A DNA stretch of 56,139 nucleotides from Solirubrobacterales bacterium (GTDB lineage: Bacteria; Actinomycetota; Thermoleophilia; Solirubrobacterales; 70-9): assembly GCA_035620355.1 (NCBI GenBank), contig DASPGZ010000101.1:1-56139 (forward strand), given 5' to 3'. Below the pieces are notes generated by a model. It did not search any database. It was given only the letters and a program-made list of their open reading frames with translations, and was not told the DNA's origin. This document shows, in pieces, positions 8,198 through 20,079 of this stretch (position 1 is the first letter of the stretch; every line of letters begins with the position of its first letter). Position numbers and translations under genes: made by a program.

Positions 8198-9159
8198 GCG
8201 GCCGCCGAGAACGCCCGCCGATAGGCGGTCGGCGTGGTCGAGGTCGCGCGGCGGAAGTGCTCGCGCAGCGAGGGGGCGGAGCCGAAGCCGGCGCTGCGCG
8301 CGACCCGCTCGACCGAGAGGTCGGTGTGCTCGAGCAGGCGCCTGGCCTCGAGCACGCGCTGCGCGTGCAGCCACTTGAGCGGCGTGGTCCCGGTCTCGGC
8401 CACGAACCTGCGGGCGAAGGTGCGCGGGCTGACCGCCGCGCGCGCCGCGAGCGTGGCTACGTCGAGCGGCTCGGCCAGGTGGTCGAGCGCCCAGGCGCGG
8501 ACCGGCTCGAGCGAGCCATCGTCGTCGCGCGGCGGCAGGGCCCGCTCGATGAACTGCGACTGGCCGCCGTCGCGGTGCGGGACCGCGACCATCGCCCGCG
8601 CGACCGTGGCGCCGACCCGCTCGCCGTGGTCGGCGCGGATCAGGTGCAGGCAGAGGTCGATCCCCGCCGAGAGCCCGGCCGACGTGAGCACGTCGCCGTC
8701 GTCGACGTAGAGCGCGTCGGGGTCGACCTCGATCGCCGGGAACATCTCGGCCATCATCGGGGCCGCGGCCCAGTGGGTGGTCGCCCGGCGGCCGTCGAGG
8801 ACCCCGGCGTGGGCGAGCGCGAACGCGCCGGTGCAGATCGAGACCATGCGGGCGCCGCGCGCCGCCGCGGCGCGGAGCGCGTCGAGGGTGGCCTCGGGCG
8901 GCGGGTCGAACACGTCAAGGAAGCCGGGCAGGACGACGGTCCGCGCCCGCTCGACCGCCTCGAGCCCGGCGAGCCCGGCGACCTCGAACCCGGTCGTGGT
9001 GGCGACGCTGCCGGCCTCGGCCGCGCAGGCGGTGAACTCGTAGGCGGGTCGGCCGCCGAGCCAGGCGAGATCGAAGGCCTCGGCCGCGGTCCCGAGGTCG
9101 AAGGCGACCACCCGGTCGAGGCAGAGGGCGGCGACCGGGTGTCGCTCGGCGCGGGCCAT
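8194..9159 (-). CDS. GlxA-like transcriptional regulator (DJ-1/PfpI-type N-domain + AraC HTH)
   Basis: Track ORF 8194..9186. N-domain SICTGAFALAHAGVLDGRRATTHW; C-terminal AraC-type HTH (LAARAAVSPRTFARRF...VARSAGFGSAPSLREHFRR). Start set to ATG 9159 (MARAERHPVAAL...); ATG 9186 and 9180 are alternatives. Confidence 0.8.
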   Translation of the reverse strand: MARAERHPVAALCLDRVVAFDLGTAAEAFDLAWLGGRPAYEFTACAAEAGSVATTTGFEVAGLAGLEAVERARTVVLPGFLDVFDPPPEATLDALRAAAARGARMVSICTGAFALAHAGVLDGRRATTHWAAAPMMAEMFPAIEVDPDALYVDDGDVLTSAGLSAGIDLCLHLIRADHGERVGATVARAMVAVPHRDGGQSQFIERALPPRDDDGSLEPVRAWALDHLAEPLDVATLAARAAVSPRTFARRFVAETGTTPLKWLHAQRVLEARRLLEHTDLSVERVARSAGFGSAPSLREHFRRATSTTPTAYRRAFSAAA

Positions 9160-9230
9160 TGGCAGGAATCTAGCGTACATAGGCATTTCTGCCTCTTGTC
9201 GCCCCCGGCGGCGCGGGTCAGGATTGGGCC

Positions 9231-9851
9231 ATGAAAATCGCCATCCTGGTCTTCGACAGACTCACCGCCCTTGACGCGATCGGTCCCTACGAGGTGCTCT
9301 CGCGCCTCCCCGACGCGGAGCTCAGCTTCGTCGCCAAGCAGCCGGGCATGAAACGGACCGACACCGGCTCGCTCGGGATCAACGCCGACCGAGCGCTCGG
9401 CGAGGTCCCCGACCCCGACCTGCTGCTGGTCCCGGGGGGCAACGGCAACCGCCCGCTGCTCGCGGACGAGGAGGTGCTCGACTGGATCCGCACCGCCCAC
9501 GAGCAGACCAAGTGGACGACGTCGGTCTGCACGGGTGCGCTCGTGCTCGGCGCCGCCGGCGTCCTCGACGGCAAGCGGGCGACCACGCACTGGGCCTATC
9601 GCGAGGAGCTGCGCCCGTTCGGCGCCGAGCCGGTCGCCGAGCGGTTCGTCGCCGACGGCAAGGTGGTCACCGCCGCCGGCGTCTCGGCCGGGATCGACAT
9701 GGCGCTGCACCTGGTCGCGCTCGAGTACGGCGAGCTGCTCGCGCAGGGGATCCAGCTCGGGATCGAATACGACCCTCAGCCGCCGTTCGACTCCGGGTCG
9801 CCGGAGAAGGCCGACCCGCAGCTGGTCGAGGTCGTCCGCCAGGTCGCCTAG
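9231..9851 (+). CDS. DJ-1/PfpI family protein
   Basis: Track ORF. MKIAILVFDRLTALDAIGPYEVL and nucleophile-elbow SVCTGALVLGAAGVLDGKRATTHW. Divergent from the GlxA-like regulator. Confidence 0.8.
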   Translation: MKIAILVFDRLTALDAIGPYEVLSRLPDAELSFVAKQPGMKRTDTGSLGINADRALGEVPDPDLLLVPGGNGNRPLLADEEVLDWIRTAHEQTKWTTSVCTGALVLGAAGVLDGKRATTHWAYREELRPFGAEPVAERFVADGKVVTAAGVSAGIDMALHLVALEYGELLAQGIQLGIEYDPQPPFDSGSPEKADPQLVEVVRQVA

Positions 9852-10654
9852 GGCGAGGGGATCGCGAGCACCCGGGTGACCGTGAACGCCGCTCCCGCAG
9901 GATCGACGATCGAGGCGGCGCGGACCCCGGCCCGGGGCCGGTCGGTCGGCGGCACCACGACCGTTCCGCCTAGATCCACCGCCCTCGCGGCCACCGCGTC
10001 GACGTCGTCGACCCAGAGGTCGACGATCCAGCCTGTCGGCTGTCCGGGCCCGGCCTCGGTCAGCACCGCGACCACGTCGCGGGGGACGGGCTGCTCGGGC
10101 TCGCCGCCGACGTACCCGGGGAGCCGCAACAGGCTCACCGTCCCGAACCGCTCGTCCACCCAGCCGAAAACGGCGGCGTAGAACCGCTTCGAGGCCTCGG
10201 GGTCGGGCGACTGCAGCGGGCTCATGCTCCAGGCGCCGAACTCGTTCACCACCTGGGCGCCCCGGTGCTCACCCGGGCGCCAGATCCCGAACACGGCGCC
10301 CTGCGGGTCCTCGATCAGCGCCATCCGGCCGCCGTCGAGGCTCTCGAACGGCTCCAGGACCGCGGACCCACCGGCTTCGATCGCCGTCGCCAGCGCCCGG
10401 TCGACGTCGTCGACCCAGACGTAGGTGGTCCAGGCCGGCGCTCCCGGGACGCCCGCCGGGCGCGGGGACCCGATCCCGGCGGCGTTGCGCCGGCGCAGGT
10501 TGCACATGCGGTAGCTGCGTCCATCGCCGACGTCGCCACCCTCGATCTCCCAGCCGAAGAGCTCGGAGTAGAACCGCGCTCCCGCCTCGCCATCGTCCTG
10601 CCAGGTGTCCACCCAGCAGGGAACGCCGTGTTGAAAGCCGTCTCGCTCGGACAT
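9848..10654 (-). CDS. VOC (glyoxalase/bleomycin-resistance/dioxygenase) family protein, two-domain
   Basis: Internal ATG 10654 (aa 90 of track ORF 9848..10921), preceded by AGGGAGG. Two repeats of the VOC-like pattern (FYSELFGWEIE...; FYAAVFGWVDE...). Confidence 0.7.
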   Translation of the reverse strand: MSERDGFQHGVPCWVDTWQDDGEAGARFYSELFGWEIEGGDVGDGRSYRMCNLRRRNAAGIGSPRPAGVPGAPAWTTYVWVDDVDRALATAIEAGGSAVLEPFESLDGGRMALIEDPQGAVFGIWRPGEHRGAQVVNEFGAWSMSPLQSPDPEASKRFYAAVFGWVDERFGTVSLLRLPGYVGGEPEQPVPRDVVAVLTEAGPGQPTGWIVDLWVDDVDAVAARAVDLGGTVVVPPTDRPRAGVRAASIVDPAGAAFTVTRVLAIPSP

Positions 10655-10744
10655 CGCCGCCTCCCTTGGTCGTTGCCGGGGTCGAGACCGTAGCAGAGTT
10701 TGATTGGAAAAACCAACTAGATCGTCTGTAGTTAGGATGTAGCC

Positions 10745-11410
10745 ATGGCAACGACGAGACGCGGGCGCACCTACGCCGACCGCTGCGGGATCGCGCGGGC
10801 CCTCGATCTGGTCGGCGAGCGGTGGGCCCTGCTCGTGGTCCGCGAGCTGCTCCTGGGACCGAAGCGCTTCACCGACCTGCGCCGCGGGATGCCGGCCCTG
10901 GGGCCCGACGTGCTCTCGCAACGCCTGCGCGAGCTCGAGCGCGCCGGGATCGTCGAGCGTCGCCGGCTGGCGCCTCCGGCCGCGTCGCGGGTCTACGCGC
11001 TGACCGGGCGCGGGCGCGAGCTCGAGCCGGTGGTCCTGGCGCTCGGGCGGTGGGGGAGCGCGGCGCCGGTCCCCGACGGCGAGCCCGCCTTCGGCGCGGA
11101 CTCGGCGATGCTGGCGCTGAAGACGATGTTCGATCCCGAGCGGGCCCGCGGGCTCGAGCTCGAGCTCGAGTTCCGGCTCGGGCCCGACCGCTACCGCGCC
11201 GCCGTCTCCGCCGGCGGGCTCGAGCTCGAGCGCGGCGAGGCGGAGGCGCCCGCGGCGACGATTGCCACCGATCCCCGGACGCTCGCCGAGCTCGCCTTCC
11301 GCGGCGCGGACCTGGCGCGCGAGCGGGCGAAGGGCTCGGTCGAGCTCGAGGGCGACGCGGCCGGGATGTCGCGCTTCCTCGCCCTTTTCGCTCCCCGGAC
11401 CGAGGGCTGA
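10745..11410 (+). CDS. HxlR-family winged-helix regulator with C-terminal SCP2-like extension
   Basis: Track ORF. CGIARALDLVGERWALLVVRELLLGPKRFTDLRRGMPALGPDVLSQRLRELERAGIV is the HxlR signature. Divergent from the VOC gene. Confidence 0.8.
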   Translation: MATTRRGRTYADRCGIARALDLVGERWALLVVRELLLGPKRFTDLRRGMPALGPDVLSQRLRELERAGIVERRRLAPPAASRVYALTGRGRELEPVVLALGRWGSAAPVPDGEPAFGADSAMLALKTMFDPERARGLELELEFRLGPDRYRAAVSAGGLELERGEAEAPAATIATDPRTLAELAFRGADLARERAKGSVELEGDAAGMSRFLALFAPRTEG

Positions 11411-11540
11411 CCGCGGTCGCCATCCCCCCAGCGGCGTAGTCTCGGATGCGACCGGTGTGGGCGCGGGGCCCGGCGGTCATCATGCAGTTTCGGAGCCTCT
11501 GAAACCCAGAGGCCATCCGAGGGTTGAAAATGGTCAGGAG

Positions 11541-13070
11541 ATGAGCGAGACGACGACAGGGGCTCCGGGTGCGCTGACCGGAACGGTGCTCTCGGGGCGC
11601 TATCGGCTCGAGTCGAAGCTCGGCAGCGGCGGGATGTCGACCGTCTATCTGGCCCGCGACGAGACGCTCGAGCGCTGGGTGGCGGCCAAGGTCCTGCATC
11701 GCGAGATCTCCGACCAGCCCGACCAGATCGAGCGCTTCCGCCGCGAGGCACGCGCGGTCGCCCAGGTCTCGCACCCGAACGTGGTCGCGGTGATCGACGC
11801 CGGCGAGGACAGCGGCCGGCCGTACATCGTCTTCGAGTACGTCGACGGCGAGACGCTGAAGGCGCGAATCGACCACCACAGCGGCGGGCTGCCGCTCGAC
11901 GAGGCTGCCGCCTACGCGATCGAGGTCGGCCGCGGGCTGGCCGCCGCCCACTTGCGGCGGCTCGTGCACCGCGACGTCAAGCCCCAGAACGTGCTCATCG
12001 ACGGCGAGGGGCGGGCCAAGGTCACCGACTTCGGGATCGCGCGGGAGCTCGAGCAGGACGGGCTGACGAAGACCGGCCGGGTGCTCGGGACCACCGATTA
12101 CGTCTCCCCCGAGCAGGCGATGGGCCAGCCCGTCGACGCCCGCTCCGACATCTACTCGCTCGGGATCGTGCTGTTCGAGATGCTCACCGGGGACGTCCCG
12201 TTCAAGGCCGACAACGTCGTCGGCGTGGCGATGAAGCACGTCAACGAGAAGATCCCCGACGTCCAGAAGCGCCGCCGCGACGTCTCCTCGGCGCTCGCCG
12301 CGGTGGTCGAGCGGGCGACCGAGAAGAAGCCGGAAAAGCGCTACGACGACATGAACTCGATGCTCGCCGAGCTCGAGAACGCGCTCGAGGTCGAGGTCGC
12401 GCGGGCGGGGCGCTCGACCGGCGAGGCGACGACGGTGCTCGACTCGGTTCCGCGGCGCCAGCGGATCGTCACCTCGCGGCGGGTCTCGATCGCCGGGATC
12501 CTGTTGGTGCTGGCGGGAACCGCGGCGGCGCTGCTGATCGCCGGGCTCACCCCCGGCGAGGATCGCCAGCGCTCGCCGGACGGGAACACCGGCGGCGGCA
12601 GCGGCGCCCCGGCCGGCACGGAGATCGAGCTGACCGCGGCCAAGGACTTCGATCCCGAGGGCGACACCGAAGAGCACGCCGAGGAGGTGAAGCTGGCGAT
12701 CGACGGGATCCCGAACACGACCTGGTCGACCGAGACCTACACCGCCGGGCCCGACATCAGCCTCGCCGGCAAGAGCGGCGTCGGCCTGATCGTCGAGACC
12801 GCCGAGCCGGTCGAGGGCCAGTCGATCACGATCGGGACCGCCCAGGGGGGCTGGGACGCGGAGATCTACGCCGCCGCCGAAGGCCCGCCGACCGACCTCG
12901 CCGGTTGGGGCGAACCGGTCGGCTCGATCGCCGACGCCGAGGACCAGGTCCAGATCGACCTCGTCGTCCCGGAGCCGGCGCCGTACTACCTGATCTGGTT
13001 CACGAACCTCGCCGAGACCTCGGACGGCGGCCGGGTCGAGGTCTCCGACGTGGCCCTGAACAGCGCCTAG
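11541..13070 (+). CDS. Ser/Thr protein kinase with TM helix and extracellular sugar-binding-like (discoidin/F5-8-C-like) domain
   Basis: ATG 11541 (aa 94 of track ORF 11262..13070). GSGGMSTVYLA, HRDVKPQNVLI, DFGIAR and SPEQA kinase motifs. TM IAGILLVLAGTAAALLIAGL. The ectodomain assignment (IDGIPNTTWSTETY...YYLIWFTNL) is tentative. Confidence 0.85.
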   Translation: MSETTTGAPGALTGTVLSGRYRLESKLGSGGMSTVYLARDETLERWVAAKVLHREISDQPDQIERFRREARAVAQVSHPNVVAVIDAGEDSGRPYIVFEYVDGETLKARIDHHSGGLPLDEAAAYAIEVGRGLAAAHLRRLVHRDVKPQNVLIDGEGRAKVTDFGIARELEQDGLTKTGRVLGTTDYVSPEQAMGQPVDARSDIYSLGIVLFEMLTGDVPFKADNVVGVAMKHVNEKIPDVQKRRRDVSSALAAVVERATEKKPEKRYDDMNSMLAELENALEVEVARAGRSTGEATTVLDSVPRRQRIVTSRRVSIAGILLVLAGTAAALLIAGLTPGEDRQRSPDGNTGGGSGAPAGTEIELTAAKDFDPEGDTEEHAEEVKLAIDGIPNTTWSTETYTAGPDISLAGKSGVGLIVETAEPVEGQSITIGTAQGGWDAEIYAAAEGPPTDLAGWGEPVGSIADAEDQVQIDLVVPEPAPYYLIWFTNLAETSDGGRVEVSDVALNSA

Positions 13071-14097
13071 AAGCGGTATCCGCGCTCGGCCTCGAAGCGC
13101 TCGATCGCGAGCTGGACGAGCCGGTCGCAAAGCGATGGGTAGCCGATGCCGCTGGCCTCGAACAGCTTTCCGAACACGCTCGTCTCCGTGAACCCCGGGA
13201 TCGTGTTGATCTCGTTCACCAGCACCTCGCCGTCGTCGCGGACGAAGAAGTCGCAGCGGGCGAGGCCGGTGCCGGCGATCGCGGTGAACACGCGCTCGGC
13301 GAGCTCGCGGACCCGGTCGACGGCGGCGGGGCCGATCGGCGCCGGGACGATGAGCTCCATGCCCCCCTCCGAGTACTTGGCCTCGAAGTCGTACCAATCC
13401 GAGGCCTTGGTCACGATCGCCCCCGGGAGCGAGGTCTCGACCGTCGAGCGCGCACCGATCCCGGTGTTGCCGATCACCGAGCACTCGACCTCGCGGCCGC
13501 CGGCGTCGGCCTCGACGATCACCCGCGGGTCGTGGGCGAGCGCCAGCTCGATCGCCCGGTCGAGCTCGGCCTCGGGACCGGCGACGCGGGTGATCCCGAC
13601 GCTCGATCCGAGCCGTGAGGGCTTCACCCACAGCGGCCGCGGCATCGCCGCCGCGTGCTCGCGCCAGCCGGGCTCGCCGACCTCGCAGAACTCGACCTGG
13701 GGCAGGTCCCAGAAGGCGAGCAGGCGCTTGCAGACGAGCTTGTCCATCGCCACCGCCGCCGCGAGCACACTCGGCCCGGCGTAGGGGACCTCGAGCGTCT
13801 CGAGCAGTCCCTGGACGGTCCCGTCCTCGCCGAACGGCCCGTGCAGGACGGGGAAGGCGACCTCGCAGTCGAGCAGCCCTCCCGCGGGGCGCAGCGCGAC
13901 CTCCTCGCCCCCGACCAGCCAGCGGCCGTCGCGTTCGATCAGCACCTCGACCACCTCGTGGCCCGCGGCGCGGAGCCCAGCGGCGACCGAGGCCCCCGAG
14001 CGCAGCGAGACGTCGTGCTCGGAGGAGCGCCCGCCGGAGATCACGGCGATCCTGCGAGGCGTAGCCGAGCCGCGCCGCTGTTGAGGCGCCTGATTCA

Positions 14098-14098
<1 letters not shown>
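13067..14098 (-). CDS. ddl: D-alanine--D-alanine ligase (long, DdlA-like form)
   Basis: ATG 14098 in frame with track ORF 13067..15052; overlaps the pknB stop by 1 nt (TGATG). IAVISGGRSSEHDVSLRSG, FPVLHGPFGEDGTVQGLLE, WYDFEAKY, EINTIPGFT motifs. Confidence 0.9.
14063..14091 (-). repeat. 29-nt exact repeat, copy 2, inside codons 3-12 of ddl
   Basis: The reverse complement equals 7152..7180. Same reading frame in both genes, encoding APQQRRGSA. Confidence 0.9.
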
Positions 14099-15929
<1,831 letters not shown>

Positions 15930-15930
<1 letters not shown>

Positions 15931-17399
15931 CAGTCGAGCAGGCCCTCCATCACCTGGGTCGCGATCGGCCCGGCGACCTCGCCGCCGAAGCAGCCTGTGC
16001 AGCGCTCGACCGTCACCGCGACCGCGATCTGCGGATCGTCGGCGGGCGCGAAGGTGATGAACCAGGGCTGGTTGATGCTCGCCTCGACATCGATCTCGGC
16101 GGTGCCGGTCTTGCCCGCGAACGAGACCCCGTCGACGCTCAGGTTGCTCGCGGTCCCCTCCTCGGTGACGTTGGTCATCATCTCGGTCAGCTGCGCGGCG
16201 GTCTCCTCCGAGATCACCTCGTTCTGCTCGTCGCCGTCGCCGAGCTCCTCCAACACTCTGCCGTCGGGGTCCTTGGCCTGCTGCAGGAAGGTCGGCTTCA
16301 TCAGCGTCCCCCCGTTGGCGACGGTCGCCGCGACCTCGGCCATCTGCATCGCCGTCGCCAGCGCCTGGCCCTCCTCGCCGCCCTGGCCGATCGCGACGCG
16401 GCCGACGTCGAAGTCGGATTTGACCAGCTCGCCGCCCGAGTAGACCCCGCTCTCCTCCATCGCCCCCGGCGGGTAGTCGAGCTCGGGCACCGAGTAGAAG
16501 CCAAACCGCTCCATGTACTCGACCATCGTCTCGGTCCCGAGCTGTTCGCCGACCTGGGCCCAGTAGGTGTTGACCGAGTTGGTCAGCGCCGTGGTCATGT
16601 CGATGTCGCCGAAGCTGGCGCCGCCCGAGTTCGCCAGCGGGATCCCGCTGATCTCCTTCGGCGAGTCGGCGTTGAGCACGGTGTCGGGCTCGAACTCGCC
16701 CGAGTCGAGCGCGGCGGCGGCGGTGACCACCTTCATCGTCGAGCCGGGCGGGTAGATGCTCTGGGTCGGCCGGTTGACCAGCGGGGCCCGGACCTCGTCC
16801 GCGTTCAGCTGCTCCAGCGCTTGGGGATTCTGGATCTCGTTCGGGTCGTAGCCGGGAACCGAGACCATCGCCTTCACCGCCCCCGTCGCGGGCTCGATCG
16901 CGACCAGCGCGGCGCCGGGATGCTCGGGGTCGGTCACCGCTGCCTCGAGCAGATCGGTCGCGGTCCGCTGCGCCTCCGAGTCCAGGGTCAGGGTGATGTC
17001 GGCGCCCTCCGGCTGGGTGTTGCGGATCTGGTCGATCAGGGTCGCGAACTCGTTCTCCTCGCCGGTCAGCAGATCGTTCTCGGAGAGCTCGATCTCGCTG
17101 TTGCCGACGTCGACGAACGAGAACCCGACCGGATGGCCGAACAGGGCGCCCTCGGGATAGCGGCGGACATAGACGGGCCGTTTGCCGCCGCCCTCGGGCA
17201 GGCTCTCGGCGACCAGGACGCCGTCGGCGGTGACGATGTCGCCTCGCGGTATCTGCTGAGCCTCGATCAGCGGCCGGCGGTTGGCCGTCTTGCCCTCGAG
17301 CTCCTCGGCGTCGAACACCGCCCACTTCGAGGTGAAGTAGACGAGGCTCGCGAACAGCAGCAGCACGATCACGTAGATGCGGACGATCGGCCGGTTCAC
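15930..17399 (-). CDS. pbpA: Class B penicillin-binding protein (transpeptidase)
   Basis: GTG 17399 in frame with track ORF 15930..17795; overlaps the rodA stop (GTGA). N-terminal TM IVRIYVIVLLLFASLVYF. STMK-type active-site motif (PGSTMKVVTAAAAL), SVN, KTGTA. Confidence 0.85.
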
Positions 17400-18763
17400 G
17401 CCGGCAGCCCCGCGAGGTCCACCGGGTCGTTGTCGGCGCGCTCCGGCGGCGGGCGACGGGCGCGGTCGGAGATCAACAGCAGCAGCGCCAGCAAGATCAT
17501 GTTCGCGACCACCGAGCTGCCGCCGAAGGAAACGAACGGGAGCGTCACCCCGGTGAGCGGGATCACCTTGGTCACCCCGCCGATGATCACGAAGGCCTGC
17601 AGGGCGAAGATCGCGGTCAGCCCGGTGGCGAGTAGCTTCGAGAACCCGTCCGGCGCCATCACCGCGGTCTTGAACCCGCGGGCGGCGATCAGCGCGTAGA
17701 CGAGGACGACGGCGCAGGCGCCAAACAGGCCGAGCTCCATCGTGATCACCGCGTAGATGAAGTCGGTGTGGGGGGCCGGGAGGATGCTGCCGCACTCGGG
17801 GAACGGCTGCTCGCAGTTGGGCGCAAACGGGCCCGGCAGCTTCAGCAGCGACTCACCGAGCCCCTGCCCGAAGAGGCCGCCGTCGGCCTGGGCGAACAGC
17901 GACTGCTGCACCTGGCCGGCGCCCTCGGGCGCGTTCGCCCCGAACGGGTCGAGCCAGATCTCGAACCGGTCGTGGACGTGGGAGATGCTGGAGCCGATCG
18001 CGTAGGCGCCGATGACGAAGATCAGGAGCCCGATCAGCACGTAGGAGAACCGGTTGGTCGCCACGTAGAGCAGGACCAGGAAGGCGCCGAAGAACATCAG
18101 CGAGCTGCCGAGGTCGCGGATGAAGACCAGCATCAGCATCGCCGCGCCCCAGACCACGAGCAGGGGCCCGAAGTGCTTCAGCGGCGGGATCGTCAGCCCG
18201 AGCACGCGGCGGGCCGCGACCGAGAGCATCTCCCGCTTCTCCGCCAGGTAGCTGGCGAGGAAGATGACGATGCAGATCTTCGCCAGCTCGGCCGGCTGGA
18301 ACGAGAGCGGCCCGATGTCGACGCTCAGGTAGGCCCCGTTGACGGGATTGCGGGTGATGAACGGCGCCAGCAGCAGGAGGATCCCTGCGCTTGCGATCAG
18401 GTAGCGGTAGCGCTCGAGCACGTGGTAGTCGCGCAGCAACAGGATCGTGAGGCAGAAGAGGACGAGGCCGAGGACGAACACCGACGCCTGGTCGAAGGCG
18501 AGCCCGTCGTCGATCCGATAGATGACCACCAGGCCGATCGCCGCGAGCAGCGCGCAGAGCGGGAACAGGTAGGGGTCGGCGTACGGGAGCCGGATGCGGA
18601 GGAAGACGTGGGCCGCGAGGCAGAGGGCGAGGAAGTAGCCCGCGTAGGTGAGGCTGACGTCGGAGACCTCGCGGTCGTTGACGATGAACACGGCCGCGAA
18701 CCCGGCGGCGACGATCACCGCCACCGGGACAAGCGCGAGCAGCTCTCGGTTGCGCGCGCTCAA
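17396..18763 (-). CDS. rodA: FtsW/RodA/SpoVE-family peptidoglycan polymerase
   Basis: Track ORF (TTG start overlapping the pstP stop, TTGA). Polytopic. C-terminal PHTDFIYAVI...GVTKVIPLTGVTLPFVSFGGSS is the SEDS signature. Confidence 0.85.
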   Translation of the reverse strand: MSARNRELLALVPVAVIVAAGFAAVFIVNDREVSDVSLTYAGYFLALCLAAHVFLRIRLPYADPYLFPLCALLAAIGLVVIYRIDDGLAFDQASVFVLGLVLFCLTILLLRDYHVLERYRYLIASAGILLLLAPFITRNPVNGAYLSVDIGPLSFQPAELAKICIVIFLASYLAEKREMLSVAARRVLGLTIPPLKHFGPLLVVWGAAMLMLVFIRDLGSSLMFFGAFLVLLYVATNRFSYVLIGLLIFVIGAYAIGSSISHVHDRFEIWLDPFGANAPEGAGQVQQSLFAQADGGLFGQGLGESLLKLPGPFAPNCEQPFPECGSILPAPHTDFIYAVITMELGLFGACAVVLVYALIAARGFKTAVMAPDGFSKLLATGLTAIFALQAFVIIGGVTKVIPLTGVTLPFVSFGGSSVVANMILLALLLLISDRARRPPPERADNDPVDLAGLPA

Positions 18764-20079
18764 TTGCCGTTGCCGCCGCCGCCCTGAGCGCCGGCGGACG
18801 TCCCGGCGCCACCCTCCTGGCCGGCGGCGGAGCCGGCGCCGCCGCCCTCGGAACCGCCGCCCTCGGCGGCGCCTCCCGCCTGCCCACCGGATGACGCCGC
18901 CCCGGCGGCGGCCGGGACGACCGCGTCGGCCTCGATCGAGTCGAGCAGGCTGACCGCGTCGTCGCGCGAGCGCAGGTCGTGGTCGGTGAGCGAGTCGCGC
19001 CGGTCCTCCGGCACCGAGCCGGCCTGAACCGGGATCGAGTAGACCTCGGAGTAGAGCTCGACCCCGAGCGGCAGCTCGTAGGGAAGGCCGCGGTAGAGCG
19101 TCACCCGGCCGCCCTCGTCGATGCCGAGGAAGTAGACCTGGCGGGCGCCGAAGTAGGCGGCGACCCCGAGCCCGGCGATGATCAGCGCCACCAACAGGAC
19201 CTTGGCGGCCGTGCGCCAGCGGCTCGGGCGCTGGGCGGCGACCAGCTCGCGACCGCGCCGCTGGCGCTCTGCGGCCTCGCGAACGCGATCGGCCGTGAGG
19301 CCCGCGTCCTCGGCGCTGGGCCCGATCAGGGTGGCGCCGTCGTCGGCGCCGAGCACCTCGTCGGTCTCCTCGAGCCGGAACGCGACGACCGTGATGTTGT
19401 CACGCCCGCCGCGCTCGTTCGCTGCCTCGACCAGGGCCCGCACGGCCTCATCGAGCGACTCCGAGCGCCCGATGATGGCGGCGATCTCGTCGTCCTTGAT
19501 CATCGTCGTCAGCCCGTCGGAGCAGAGCACGACGACATCGCCGGGCCGGGCGCTGAAGGAGAAGGTGTCGACCTCGACCTCCGCCTCCGGCCCGAGGGCG
19601 CGGGTGATGATCGAGCGCTGCGGGTGGTCCTGGGCCTGCTCGTCGGAGATCCGGCCTTGGCGGCGCAGCTCCTCGACCAGCGAATGGTCGGAGGTCAGCA
19701 TCCGCAGGCGCCCGTCGCGCCACAGGTAGGCGCGGCTGTCGCCGACGTGGGCGAGCGAGACCTCGTCGCCCTCGACCATCGCCGAGGTCAGCGTGGTGCC
19801 CATCCCCGAGCGGCTCGAGTCGCTCTGGGCGACGCTGTGGATGCGCTCGTTGGCGACCTCGGCGATCGCGCGCAGGTACGCCTCGGGCGATTCGCCCTTG
19901 CGCTCGGCAGGCTCGAACGAGTCGGCGGCGATCCGCGAAGCGACCTCGCCGGCCTGCGCCCCGCCCATCCCGTCGGCGACCGCGAACACCGGGGCCCGGG
20001 CGTAGAACGAGTCCTCGTTCGCCGTTCGCTGGCGCCCGGTGTCGGACCGGAACGCCTGCTCTGCGACGCGCAACGGCAT
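18760..20079 (-). CDS. pstP: PP2C-family Ser/Thr phosphatase with TM helix and Gly-rich extracytoplasmic tail
   Basis: Track ORF. ATG overlaps the fhaB stop (TGATG). RTANEDSFY, FAVADGMGGAQAGEVAS, VVLCSDGLT, GGRDNITVV. TM helix VLLVALIIAGLGVAAYF. Confidence 0.85.
   Translation of the reverse strand: MPLRVAEQAFRSDTGRQRTANEDSFYARAPVFAVADGMGGAQAGEVASRIAADSFEPAERKGESPEAYLRAIAEVANERIHSVAQSDSSRSGMGTTLTSAMVEGDEVSLAHVGDSRAYLWRDGRLRMLTSDHSLVEELRRQGRISDEQAQDHPQRSIITRALGPEAEVEVDTFSFSARPGDVVVLCSDGLTTMIKDDEIAAIIGRSESLDEAVRALVEAANERGGRDNITVVAFRLEETDEVLGADDGATLIGPSAEDAGLTADRVREAAERQRRGRELVAAQRPSRWRTAAKVLLVALIIAGLGVAAYFGARQVYFLGIDEGGRVTLYRGLPYELPLGVELYSEVYSIPVQAGSVPEDRRDSLTDHDLRSRDDAVSLLDSIEADAVVPAAAGAASSGGQAGGAAEGGGSEGGGAGSAAGQEGGAGTSAGAQGGGGNGN

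Noticed and set aside
11152-11235. Short tandem CTCGAG/GCTCGA repeats that look like a micro-repeat array
   Set aside because: They lie inside the HxlR-family CDS and simply encode Leu-Glu repeats (GLELELEF..., GLELERGE). There is no spacer/repeat architecture, so this is not CRISPR.
10869-13631. 920-aa minus-strand ORF spanning the HxlR gene, the kinase and part of ddl
   Set aside because: It is antisense or out of frame to three genes with clear family motifs. Its composition is dominated by R, G, P, D and A, with no recognisable domain.
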